DNA of 62,275 nucleotides, the filler included, from Platydemus manokwari (lineage: Eukaryota), in assembly GCA_037951405.1 (NCBI GenBank). It is 5 parts of 5 records of this genome, joined end to end, with 100 filler letters (N's around TTAATTAATTAA, not from the genome) between each part and the next. Parts side by side here need not be neighbours in the genome. Positions count along the whole stretch, not along the records: positions 38,751 to 49,669 come from JBBMOY011061077.1; positions 49,770 to 62,275 come from JBBMOY010108898.1; 3 more parts are not named here. One strand, given 5' to 3'. The notes beneath the pieces are model-generated. The model saw nothing but the letters and a program-made list of their open reading frames with translations, had not been told where the DNA came from and searched no databases. Position numbers and translations under genes: made by a program. Below, piece by piece: positions 38,651 through 52,750 of this stretch. Positions within the stretch are counted from its first letter, which is position 1, and each line of letters starts with the position of its first letter.

Positions 38651-41600
38651 NNNNNNNNNNNNNNNNNNNNNNNNNNNNNNNNNNNNNNNNNNNNTTAATT
38701 AATTAANNNNNNNNNNNNNNNNNNNNNNNNNNNNNNNNNNNNNNNNNNNNTTTTGTTAATGTGGTTACTTATGCTTTAATTCACACATCATTATTGGAGG
38801 AAAATGGATTAATCTTTTGTTTTATTAAATTATATATATATATACATAAATTAATACAACTGGTTTCTTGATATTAAGAGATTTTACAAGGATTCTATCA
38901 GCATACTTTTTGAATAATCCCCGTTTATCAATCTTTAGTTTTTTCACCATAAGCTTTATATATTTATATTATATTTTTGATATAATAATAATTATTATTA
39001 TTAGTAGTAGTAGTAGTATTAGTGGTAGTTTTATTATCATTATCATTATTATTAATGTTGTTGATGGGTCTAACTGGTGTCGTGCACAGCATTACTCGTT
39101 AACTTATTTATCTCAGTCCAAAATACATCAATGTTATGGCATCAATGCTAATTTTGTTTGTATCACTGTGCAGCAACTCTCTGAGCATTGGCTTGAAATT
39201 AATAAAATTTAATGTCAATAATTATCGACCAATTCCTCTCTGGTTAAACTAATTAACAAAAATAAATTTAATTCAGATAAAAAAATTGTGTATTTTTAAA
39301 TTTATTTTATTTTTACTATTATTTCATTTTCATATTTATTTTTAGTAATTTTTTAATATTATCCAATTATTGATTGATTTATTAGCATTAAAATTAGCTC
39401 CAATTTATTTTAACTAAAAATCGTTTATTGATTAATTTTTATTTACTATTTTTACTTGTTGGGCTCTTCGCCATTATTGATGAGCCGTTGGAAATATTTT
39501 TGTAAATGCCATTATAATAAAATAAAACAATAAATCAATAATAAATAAATAGAAACCATTTCCACAGTCGGTATTGCTTAAAGTTTACACAAAATAATTT
39601 CCAAGAACTTTGGATTCTCGAAAAAATAGATTAATAAAATGCACTTGTTCTAAATTCCATAGCTAGATAGTAAATAGAAAACTCATTCTGGGATAAATAA
39701 AATTCAATCCATATAAACAGGAATCATTTTGGAATTATTGATTTTATTGTTAACCAGATTTATAAATATTTAAGGAGTCTTTATTTTCTTTGTTTGAGAA
39801 CCGGTTAGAGTTAGAAAACGGAGTTAGATTAACCCGAGATTAAAGATGAACTAAGATCGCAACATTATTATTCTTTCCATTATTCAGATTACTTTAATAA
39901 TTAACTCGCTTGTTCCGATTATCATTTATTAATAATAACCCTACCTTGCTGCTTACTCTGAATTTTCATCAGCTAAACTCTCATTCGAACCAATTCAAAA
40001 GACTTGCTTGTTAACAGCGATTATTAATAGAAAATTTGATCAGTAAAAATTTGTTTGTAAATAACCGGTACAGAATTATCTCCTGATTATGAACATTATA
40101 TACCAAAACAAAACTTTGTTATTAATGTTGTCACTATCTAGATACTTCTAAAAATTAATTAACCTTAATGTTTGTATAAAATCTAATTTCATTCCATATA
40201 ATAAGCAAATATTCATTCAGCGTAAACCTAAAATCTTCTGCAACGCGGTGGTACGTGACAGTTTGAATAACGATTTGATATCTGTAATTTCTGAATAGAC
40301 GATCCTAGATCTGGCTACTTCTCATTTCTTGTATAATATTATCGATGACCTTTAATTGTATATCTTTTCCTGTCTCCACATTAATTTTAATAATTTGACG
40401 TGAAAATATTCGACGATTTTCATGAGTTTATATCCCGGCAAAAATTATAATTTTTAATCAATAATTGCTTTCTTTGTCGAAACTGACATTTTAAATTTAG
40501 ATAATAAGTTTATTTACCTGGGTTTCACGCAATTGTATCTCTGGTAAAGTTTCGGTGGTCTTGATTGCATATTCGATTCTCTATATCATAGAAAATAAGG
40601 GGTTAAATTTTCATAAAATTTCTCTGGACTCACAAAAAAGTTGTTGCTTGTTAAGAAGAAAACTGTGATTGAGTTCATCAAAACAACTTCAAATAATTTT
40701 TATAATCAGAATGACAGTTGATGTTGAATATTTCCCTTTCAATGTTCAAGGAATAACACAACATGTTATCAATTATTTGTTAGGTTTATTTATTTTTATA
40801 ATTTCATAAATAGTTATTTTATTTTTAAACTTAGATTGGAAGCTGAAATAAAACTTTTCTTCGTTGATGAACAACTTCTGGCTCTTCAATTCTTCGATTT
40901 CAATCTATTTTAGTGAAGTTAGTTTCATTTGTAATGAGAGATTATGGTATCGTTAACTTCATCATGTTAAGGTGATATCAGCGACTTGTGACAATCGTTA
41001 CTATCTTTCTCACTGTGTCTATCTAAACAAGTTACAATTTGACAGTTTGGTCCATGAATAGTGATTGTTCTTTATTAAGTTGATAACTGGTTTGTGTTCA
41101 CATATGCAAGTTGTCCATACATCTTTCACCGCATTTTTAAAATACCTGAAAATATCTTTCTGCTTACACCGTGAATTCAGAAAGCTTGAATTCTAGCAAA
41201 TGATCAGAACCACATCATATAATTATTGACATTTTCTTTGTTATTTTTTCCTATTGTAGGAGTTATGAATATTACTGATTGCACCACTCAGAATTCCAAC
41301 TGTTTTTCTAATAATTTATAGAACACTGATATAGAACTTTAGTTCCACTATTTAATATTTGAGGTGAGTTTCTTTAAGTTTTTACGCGGTTCTACTTGAA
41401 TATCTTAAACACCCAATGAAACCGAATTTTGGTTTCAAACAAGTACACTATTCCTAGTAATACTATTACTATTAGTTTCATCATAATCGATTATTATTAT
41501 TTATTATAATAATTATTATTATTTTAAAATGTGTTTATGTCATTGGTAATGTTGAGTTCTTAACCATCTAACCCTAATTCGATTATAACTCGCTGAGTCG

Positions 41601-42182
41601 TAAATATCTGGTTCAAACTGAGATAGAGCACAAATCGTTCTTTTGAGATATCTAATAGATAATAGAAATGATACGGGCAGAATTGAGCCTTCTGTAAGAG
41701 TTAATTGATAGCTATTACTGTCAATAACTGTAAGGAATAATTTATATTACGAATTATTGATTTTGGGACGAAATTATTTATAACTGTATTACTTTATCCC
41801 GCAGAATATTTGACGAATGTTTCAACATAATATCATAATTGTCATACATATAAATATACCGATGCATATTTCGTATCAATAACTGCCCATTTACGTATAC
41901 ACTGAGCTTGAAAATTCATAATAGTAGAATTTATTCGCAGATTTGTTTTGGTATTTGCATCAAAACTTTAGATATACTACATATGTTTTTCACTTAATTA
42001 TTTTTCGTGTAAAATTTTTACTTAAGTTCTTCCAGGTTTTTGGTTTTTGACCCAAGCGCGGCATATCAGATGATCACATAAACGGAGGACTCGTATTCGA
42101 ACTATTTCCTTAGTATACATTCAGTAATTGGACTTTATTCTCTCATGGGTAAATCTTGTTTCAATGTTTAAAGGTTTTTAAC

Positions 42183-42183
<1 letters not shown>

Positions 42184-42261
<78 letters not shown>
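42184..42261 (+). repeat. (ATT)n microsatellite
   Basis: About 25 perfect units. Confidence 0.97.
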
Positions 42262-42265
<4 letters not shown>

Positions 42266-45200
42266 CATCTTAACTTATAAACTTTTCAAATCATAAGAAT
42301 TTTAAATCAGAATTTTTCGATATACAGAGTAGCTTATATCTAATTTCGTAATTCGGCTGAAATTTATTTAATTAGGCTTTCAATTCTTGAATAAATTTCT
42401 TTTGTCCGGTATTTTATTGGTCATCAATAATCGTAAATAACTTCTTTGAAATTGCATTTTATTGTCAATAGGAATTTGATGATATCATTGAACGAAACGA
42501 CGAAATCAGTTCCAGAAATTTCGTATGTGATTTCATTCACTGGTTAGAATTAATAAGCCGAGATTATTTATACCAATTTAAAGAATTTCTGTTTTTGATT
42601 TGAGAAAAAATTCCAAAAAAACCTGAATTTTTTTCTAAACACTAACTGGATCTTTCTCCCTTAATCAACACAAATCTCACATTTTCTCAGCTTTTCCAAA
42701 AAGTCAATTCTTGTTCTGTCACGAATATTTACCCTATAACCAAGACGATTAATCTTATTTTGTCTCTGATTGTTATCGGTTTTCAATTTGTAAAAAAGTC
42801 TATACACATACATTCCCATTCGAACACTGTAAAAGCAAAAACCGTGAGAAAACCTTTTCCACTGGACAATAAATTGAAAACTCACACGTTATTAGGAAAT
42901 TTTGACAATATAAGACTAGTTTTATAAAATATTGAACTCGAGATAACAAACTGATTAATAAATTGAGGTTGCGGTCTGCAAAACACAGAGATATCGAGTC
43001 CAAAATATTAAAGACCACCTTCCTCTTGAAAATTTTTAATAAAAAATAATAATAACTCTAGTAACCTGAACTGTAGAGAGACTGCATTATTAAATATCCT
43101 CGTATTTCATTACTATGCTCTTTTACCGAAAAATATTTCACTTTTAATTGATAATAACATCTATCAAAAACTAGTGTTTTTTTTAATGAGGAATAGTCAT
43201 ACCACAGCATTACCTAAAGGCAAAATGAAATATAAATGGCTTCAAGTGATGCACCTAAGAGGAAAAAATATGAAATTGTACGAAAGAAGATTGTTTGGAT
43301 AAAATATGCGAAAGATTAATGTTGATGAAAAGAAATTCTGATGAATTATAAATGCTTGGTATATATTCTCATAGGTATCTGACAAGTTATGATGAAGTAC
43401 TTTAAAGATCTTGTTGAACAAATTGAGTGTACAAGAAAACTATCAAGAACAAAGCCTATAGTCATGGGTTGGCATTTAAAGGTAATGTACATTGATGACT
43501 TGATATAACCGATATTGCACTCTATCGGTGGTTTGTTGAAATCTTTTGATTATTTTTTCTGAAAACGAAATTATAAGCTTGAACAGGTGATCATTGACAT
43601 CAAGGAATCGAATGTAAGCATTAATTATTATTGATTTGCATTCATACATGCATAATTTATTAAAATGGTGGATGCCAACTTCTAACCAACTTGATTAATA
43701 TAAAGAAGTACAATACCGATATTTTGATGGAAAATCATTTGGAATCACCAATAAAATAATGATTCTGTAATACAGAAAAAGAAATTAAATTCAAAATCAA
43801 ATATCTCAATAAAATGGATTGGTATGGATAAAACCCAGAGAGAAAATTATACCTTTGTCTGGAAACCATTGTAAAAATTTTAGAATATCACGACTATCAT
43901 AAACAATCGACATCAGTAAATCAAAAATTATTGATTTGATAAGAAAAATAATGTAAAATATAAAAATAATAATAGATCAAAAATTTATCTGAATTCAAAT
44001 CTGTCCTCGATAAAAAAAGAATTGAATGAACTCAAAGCTTTTAATACGCATGAATTAGAATTAGGATTTCCTTTATGATTTAAAAATTGACGATGAAAAT
44101 AAAAATGAACAATATTTCTCTTGTACGAGAAGGATATTTCTAGAAGATTGATTTTGTAATTTCTTCAATGGAAATATGATAAAATTGAGTCAAATATTGG
44201 GTTTCGTATTCGAAATATTGATGATTTTTCAATTTTTCCAANNNNNNNNNNNNNNNNNNNNNNNNNNNNNNNNNNNNNNNNNNNNNNNNNNNNNNNNNNN
44301 NNNNNNNNNNNNNNNNNNNNNNNNNNNNNNNNNNNNNNNNNNNNNNNNNNNNNNNNNNNNNNNNNNNNNNNNNCCTGTTTGCTTTTAATTCGTGTTTATG
44401 AAATAGTAGGAGTTAATCCCCATTCTGTATCATTTATATGGTAAATAAATGATTAATATACCTGAAAAAATTCCAACACTAAATCATCTTAGTAATCCAT
44501 CGTTGCGCTTGCCTTCTTTGACTCACAATAGGTACTTTGTTTCCATTCTGTCCCTTTTTGATCATAAAAATCATCTTGGTTTTGAACCATATACTACAAT
44601 TTTTCATTCAGTAAAACAAAATTATATTAAAACAATATTTATTCTACACGATAACAGTAACGTGATTAAATAAATAAACACGTGGTGTTTGTTTAAATAA
44701 TTGATTGGCGCTTTGGTGTAGTTTTTCAAATAAATATTTTGACGGAATGTGCTTATAACCTAACTGTCTTCATTATATTCTTGATCATATTCAGTATTTA
44801 TAGTTCATATAAAAAAGTAGATTCATTTCTAGTTTATGATATCGAAGTCAATATTATCAATAATTCACAAATCAAAAACTATTTCTTTCTCTTTTAAAGC
44901 TCTTCCCGTATAGCAGAATTTGTCAAAACATTTATTTCTAACAAAAAATATGAACTGATTTTAGCAATACCCCTGAGATTCAAAACTTAAAAACAAATGT
45001 TCACCTGTTATTGATTTGTGAAAAACCTCGAAGCAATAAATAACCGGAATTCCATTCAATGTATTTAAGTAATTAATTTAATGTCTACTCTTATATACAC
45101 AGATAGATTATAACGATTTCGAAATATGAATGAATTTGATTCATTAAATCGGGTTAGAGGACCAAGTAATACCATAATTATGTTGGTCATACTGATAAAA

Positions 45201-48200
45201 TATACTCTCATTTATTAGATATATTTCGTGGTTTGTTAAATTTTTTATCTTAAAATCAAACACCATCGAATTTATTTTTACTAAGATTATTTCGGAGCTC
45301 TTTCCATATTATTGTCAACCATATATATAATTTTATTCAATATGTCATTTGACTTATACATCCTATTTAGCCATTAATTTAAAATTAACCTTGAAAATAA
45401 AATTACAAAACTTAAACAAAAGGTTTTTAATATGTTAAAGAAAAATATTAGTAAAATATTAATAAATCTACATTTTAAATGAGAAAATCATGAATATAAA
45501 TAAAAATAGTGGGGAAAATTTTATAATAAACTAATAATAAAATAAGAATATAACTTCCAATTGATTTTATTCTTGTGAATCATCGTGTTTGGTTCTAGCT
45601 GAAGAATTTCAATCCAATATTCAACAATCCCAATAATTCAATTTTTTCACACAACAATCAAGTTGTTGTTGGATTGCTAAAGAGACTCTTTTCAACTCCC
45701 AGTGATTTTTTTCTCAATGCTACAGAAATTAAATTTCCAATAACGTCGTACAAATCATTGACATTTAATTTTCTGTTTTTTTCCTCTCTTGCAACAGATA
45801 ATTGATTCAATTAATAAATCAGAAGAAAGCTTTATAATTCATGCATATACGACTGATAAATCAAATTCTCCATAATTGAATGGCTGATATATGGAGAAAC
45901 AATTTTTTTATGATAAATCTTTTGAAAAATAAAAAAACAGAAATTATCAAACCATATAAAACAGTTTTTATTCCCATCGATAAAATTATTTACTATAATA
46001 ATTATTACACATTGAGGTCAGAAAGGCTTATTATCATTGTTCAAATAATTGGTCGAAGATAAAAGAACGAGTTAATGATATTTTATTTACAGATGATAAA
46101 GTTTGGATAATTTTGAATCGTTTTTTTTGGCTAAAGTTAAGAAAAACAGTTCTAAAATTAAATTTTATACTTATTGAGCGTATTGCATAAATCTATATAG
46201 TTTATTTAATTATATTCTTTAAAAACATTTTGAATTTTTTATTCAAGTATAGAGGAAGAATTTTAGTTATTTAAATTATATATTTTATACAATAAAGCTT
46301 CGAGCCTTTCATAAATTTGATTATTTGAAAAAGTGATAAAACTAGGTCTAATAACAATTTATTGAAATTTATCTAGGATTCCTTTTTAACATTAGAAGCA
46401 TAATTTTATAATTATTTTATAAAAATAAGCAATGATATTATCAAACACGTGTGTAGTTAACAAACTTGATTTATAATTTTAAAAAAATATTTCAAAGCTT
46501 TAAGAAAACGAAAAGAAGTGTTTTGATTAGAATAGGAACTTGATTTAAAAACTATCTTTATTTCCGGTTAGCAACCTAAAAAGTGAAATATTAACTGAAT
46601 TATACGAATACATTATAAATCGCAATTGTACATAAAATTAATTTATAAGATTATCTTAAAAAAGTAGGTCAAAGTACCCCTTTCGTAACTTAAGCTCATT
46701 TTCTATAATTAAATCAGGTTTCCAGTAGAAATTGTGATGATCGAATTTAAAAATTTATTAGCTTAATTTTATATATGAATTCCGGATTTCAAATTTTTTC
46801 GAAAACAATCTTTATTTTTAAATAAATTTTGAAGTCGTTGAAGTCATGAAAACCGAAAGGGGTATTCAAAACACAAATTAAACTTGGGTGATTTTTTGTC
46901 TATTTTAAAGCTGCTATATTTTTAAAAGATTAAATAATTTAACTACCCAGTACATTCAACGTTTGATGTACTTCTAATTCTTTTCCCGTTAATGGTTTTA
47001 ACCGCGTCGAATTATCGAGTTAAAGTTTTAAGACAAAAATCTAACTAATAAAAAATATATAATCCAGATCCATTCCCATTAAATTTTAAAAATAAATGAT
47101 TTCGAGTAAGATTGTTGAAATACAGGTTGTTCAAAATTTTTTTATTTAATTTTTCCACTTAACAACAAATTTTAAATTCATATATTCTACAGAGACTCAT
47201 TTGTAGACAAATACAACGGTTCCCTAAATCATACACAAATTCATGAGTCGCTTGGAGAATTGGATCAAATTCTTTTTACAAGGAAGCTTTCAACATTGCG
47301 TATTCCAGAGCTTCTAGCAATTACTGTCTCAACAAAGTTGTAATATGGAGTATTTTAGATATTTATTATTATAATATTCAATTTTAAAATTTAATTAAAG
47401 AATCTACGAATTTCGTGATCTAATATTATTATGTTTGCATAGAATTTAATATTCTATGTTTACCCGTTTAATATACACAAATTTTTGAATTTCATTTTGT
47501 TGATTTAACTCCGAAATCGATCAAGACATGAAGAAGTGGTATGTCAATATTTATTCGCAAAGAAAACCCACGTTCAACAAAATACTTTTAATGAAATTTC
47601 ATTTTTTTCTAATTCTAATCTCTCGAAGAAAAAATTGTCGAGATTTGCATTGGTTGTAAATTAATATCGTAAATTATGCTCTTTTTCATAAGAACTATGT
47701 TATTGAATTAAATGAAAAACTTAGTTACTCGTTTGTTGCTTTCTGATTCGTCATTTTTGTTCATAATAAAGGTTGTCAATAATCATTTCTTTGCTGGAAC
47801 ACTTTACATGAACAATTGTAAATTTTATTCGAATGTTTTCGATATGTGATAGCTTTTTACATTTATAAAATTATGAATTGTGGTTTGAATTAGTATTTGT
47901 ACAATAACACGAATTTTTCATTTCTGAAGACTATTTGAGGAACTTAATTTGTAAAAGTGGTAAGAGTCATCCTTAACTACAAACATAATCGAAAGGAATT
48001 TCACTGAAGGAAAGTCCGTTGAAATTTTTATATTTAAAAATCAGATATAACTCTTTAAATTACCGTTCAGTTAGACGAAATAATTGAGGAAACCATATGT
48101 CTTTATTTAGAGTAGTCGTGTAAGCTGTAAGTATCAGCAGAAACATTTTTAGATGAATTAGTCGATAACAGATTGGTATTGTACTGAGACCATACTTGAT

Positions 48201-49319
48201 TAGGAAAAAGCAGCGAGAAATAGTTTCTGTACTGGTATTTTCAAGGAAAGTGCGGGACGATGTCCTTATTTGAAAAACTTAATAATAATCGTTTAAAATC
48301 AAGGTTGTACTCTGTTTGATAATCTCTCTGCAAAGTTTTTATAATGAATATAGTTTTATAATGAAAATTAGTTGTTTATTAGTGGAATAGAGTTCGATGA
48401 AATCAGATTTAGGAAGAAAGTACTCGTTAAGTTTGAAAAGTTTTAAGCCTATCAAACATATTGGTTCAAAAATTTTATAACATCTTTGTCCGTTTACCTG
48501 TTTTGCCTTTAGAGTTTTTACCACACCAAAAGTACATTCTTGTTATTTCGTTAAAACAGCTTCTTATCCCAGCAAAATAATTTTAAAATTTGAACGATAT
48601 TACTTATGTAAACGTTTTGTACTTATTGATAAAATTCTAATTTCTTATCATGTATTTACATTGTTAACATGAATTTATCCTAAGAATGATGTGTCAATCA
48701 AAATTGGGTGTACTATAGTAATGTCAGATGAATATTTGTATAATTTTTAATTTGGTAAAAGACGAAAATATTTATTGAAAAATATCCACATAATTAATTG
48801 TATCCTAATGTGTTAAATAATGTTTTTTCAAAAGAAACTTTGATCATCCAAGACTAATTTATATCGCTGTATTATTTAGATGCAATTGACATAAATGTTA
48901 AAAGAAAAAAATCGAAATTTATTTGATATTTTAAAATCAATCATGAAATGATATTGATTTTCTAGAATATTTATCTTGCAATTTTTCGGATAAAAGAATT
49001 TTCACTAATTTTCATAATTTTATAATGTTGTAGTTATCAGAATTATGATTTTCAATATTTGATTTTAAAAATAAACCCAGTAATATTTATCTAATTAATT
49101 TCATTAAGAAGATACATTATAATTTAAATTAATAAATTTTTAAAGCTTAATTAGATAATTTGTTCCAATAAATTATTCCTATCTATACATTCGCTCATTT
49201 ATGATAATTGGTTTTTAGGTTGACTCTACCATTTGGAGTAACCAATGAATTTACACACACAAGAAAATTATTGTTATCAAACTTGGAATAAACACTATGA
49301 GTATCTATTTTTACATACG

Positions 49320-49669
49320 CCCACACACACACACACACACATCACCACATCAAAGATTCTTCTCTCTCACACTTACATGCAGCATTATATCAAAGATTGT
49401 TCTCTCTTTCATACACACCAGCATCACATCAATGATTGTTCTCTCTTTCAAACATGGAACATCACATCAAAGATTGTTCCCTCACTCACACAAACACAGC
49501 ATCACATCATAGATTGTTCTCTCTCTCACACACAAGCATCACATCAAAGATTGTTCTCTCTCTCACACACATCAGCATCACATCAAAGATTGTTCTCTCT
49601 TAAACACACACACACCAGTATTACATCAAAGATTGTTCTCTCTCACACATAGACAGCACCACATCAAAC
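49320..49669 (+). repeat. Minisatellite with a unit of about 39 bp (CAGCATCACATCAAAGATTGTTCTCTCTCTCACACACA)
   Basis: About 9 units, running into an assembly gap; explains ORFs 49245-49652 and 49297-49512. Confidence 0.93.
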
Positions 49670-52600
49670 NNNNNNNNNNNNNNNNNNNNNNNNNNNNNNN
49701 NNNNNNNNNNNNNTTAATTAATTAANNNNNNNNNNNNNNNNNNNNNNNNNNNNNNNNNNNNNNNNNNNNTAAAAATACATGCTGATTAAATAAAAATTGA
49801 TACAATAAAAGTTAATGCAAATTTTATACGTATTGTCATGCAAATGAATACACGTATTTTTCAATGTGAATTAATTGTTATGGATTAAATGTTGGGCCAG
49901 AACCCTAACAACAGTATAAATAACAAAGTGATGTAGAATTAAATTGTAAATAAAAAGATGATAAATCACACCAATAACAGCTGTTGACTAAAATAATTTG
50001 ATTCAAATAATTGAAAAACATATTGAAACGAGGCATAAGATTATTATTTAGGCAAGATTTGTGTTTTGCTTGGCATGATTTCGTCTTGTTAGATTATTTA
50101 CTAATTCTAAACATTCTAAGTTGTAATTATAAGATAACTTCTTGCACAATTATAAATATAGTCGTCAACGTGCATTACTTGAATTCACAACTCAAAGTCA
50201 CTTAGAAAAACGACGGTCAATAATCAGATCACAGTGGAATAGGAAAGATAAAAATCAAGACAGAGATTACCCACTGGTTGTCCGAATAATCACCCAAAGA
50301 ATTGCGACAGATAGAGAATTAACTGACCAACAAAGATTAGTAGTTGCGCCAGAGATTCAATTACTTTAATAGACTTGTCGTGATTGTTGAACTGCTGACT
50401 TACAGTCTGAAATCGAACTTATAGACAGATTTTCTTCTCTCTTCCAAGTCATTGGCGGATCTCTGCGTTCATTTTCCGTTGTTGATGAGCTCCAAATGAC
50501 AATTGAATTCCATTTATGGATTAATATCGGCTAGTGATAAGTGCGCTGATTGTGCATGTGCGTATCGAGCTTTTCAATGGATAATTCGTTTTGTAATTCA
50601 TGGTTTTTATATATTTTATTTCTTCTTTTATTATACCTCCAGTCTTTTGTACCTGGAACTGACGTAGTTTTAATGAATTCTTTGTCATATTTTGTTTGAT
50701 TACCTTTCAGATTTTAAGTTTTGTGTATCAATCAATAAAATAAAAACGCCTAAATTTTATTAATAATATAATAATATAGATAATTATCTATATATATTTA
50801 TTATCTATATATTTATTATAATAAATAATAAAGATAATAGAAGTTTAATTATAAAAAATAAAATTGAATTTGATTTGAAGTTGATTTTAGTGTTTGAAGT
50901 TGTTGTACCTCAACTATGTTAGGAGAACAAATACAATACCTAGGCTAATACTACTAATTCTAGTCCAAAAGAAAATAGCGGCTAACACATTAGTGCGATT
51001 TCAATGAAGGTATTTGATAAATTGATATATTTATTATGTGTATTATCTCTTTAATAATCAACGAACAATGGTCAAACAATTTTTATTTATAATCACTCAT
51101 AATTCAAATCGAACTTAACACAAACAAGTAATTTTAAAAAATACATGATAAGGCTGATTTGCTTAAAAACGCAAGTACAGGTTAACATTTAGAAGGCTTA
51201 TGTATAAATGTTGGAATATATTTCCAGGAGACATTAAACCATCAGTTATTTTTTTTCTAGAAAAATATTTATAAAAATTTGTTTATCGAAAGTTGGAGCT
51301 CGTTTAATGAATTTATTGTTTTCCCAAAAATTTATATTGTTTCAAATTTCGGTTCAAGTTTTTAGGTTTTTCATGGCCAATTGGTTGAGATTTCTTCCCT
51401 TCTATCGTGGGACCTTTTTGCGCGTCTATTCTGTCTTTCATCTTTGTTTTAATCTAGTTATTTTCATTTTATACCAACTTGCTTTTACTTTCCATAGATT
51501 CCTTGCACTTTCATCTGACTATCTCCTTCTCACCCTTTTCTTTCATTTTCACTTCCTTGATAACTGCTTTGATAAATGTCAAATTCTTTGTCCTGCCTCG
51601 ATTATGTATGTTAAGAGCTTGTTCCCAATATTGTGCTTGAACATTCATTATCGGAGTTTCTATTGAAACTTTCACTGGTTCTTCTTTTTGATTCCCGCCA
51701 ACATACCTATAATTGTCAAAAGCTAATCAATTCAATTGATGGTAATGATTTCATGCTAATATCATTAAAATAATCGATAAAACTACGATCAAAATTATAT
51801 TTAGTATGAAAATTAAAATTAATAATTTTTTGTAAACTTCCTCACTGTGTTTTGATTCTTTATTTTGATTTATTACAAATTGTGATTGTCTTTTCATAGA
51901 TTTTATTCATTTGCAAACTATAAATTTATTTTATTTTACAGTTAAATATGGATATTTAATTTAATAAACTTAATTATAAAAAACACATACTTTTGAAATA
52001 GAGTTAAATTTTTATTGAATACATAACTACAGAACATAGTGTAAGTCGCATCCTTTATTTTTATAGATCTTATATTGTTACCTGATCAGTTATTATAATA
52101 TTTCATTAACCTATTTACAGAAAACCTAAAACGAGTTCATTATTTTGTGAAAATTTTCTTGATAGTCTGATTCACATAAATTTTATAACATTATACGAAT
52201 TACCATGGTCATCTACATGTTAGAGAGTTTCTGTTTTTCTCACAAAACTGATTCTGATGTAAGACATAAATATCACAAATTACAAGTGAAAAATACAAAA
52301 AGTAGCCCAAGGTTCAGGATTCTTCATTATAATTGTTAAAATTAACTTCAAAATTTGGTGTTTAAAATACACCGAAATTAATGTTTGTTTCGCAAAACCT
52401 TATATTTATGAGAATATATTATTGAAATAATAAAAAAATCATAAGATGAAATAAGTAGAAATGAAATTAAGTATCATAATACAAATTTAAAATAAGAATT
52501 TAAATAAGCAGAATAAGAACATAAATAAAATTTATGTTAAATTTTTTTACATTATTTATATTTTTAAGATTCTGAACTTAAACTCAAAAAAATGTAAAGA

Positions 52601-52750
52601 CAAGTCGAACTTAATAATTGTATAAATACACAAATTTCAATTTGTGATTATTACTTTTACTCTTGAAAAGCGAATTAATATTTTATAATATATTGACATA
52701 TTTAAGCGTCATCTTGTTTAAATAATGAATATTTTTACAATTTTCAATTC

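Noticed and set aside
49245-49669. His/Ser/Thr-rich ORFs and a CRISPR-like repeat-spacer look
   Set aside because: Eukaryotic minisatellite; the variable parts are CT/CA microsatellite, not unique spacers, and there are no cas genes.
50230-51710. Coding-like purine-rich minus-strand stretches upstream of CNOT11
   Set aside because: Frames are interrupted by stops and no family is recognisable.
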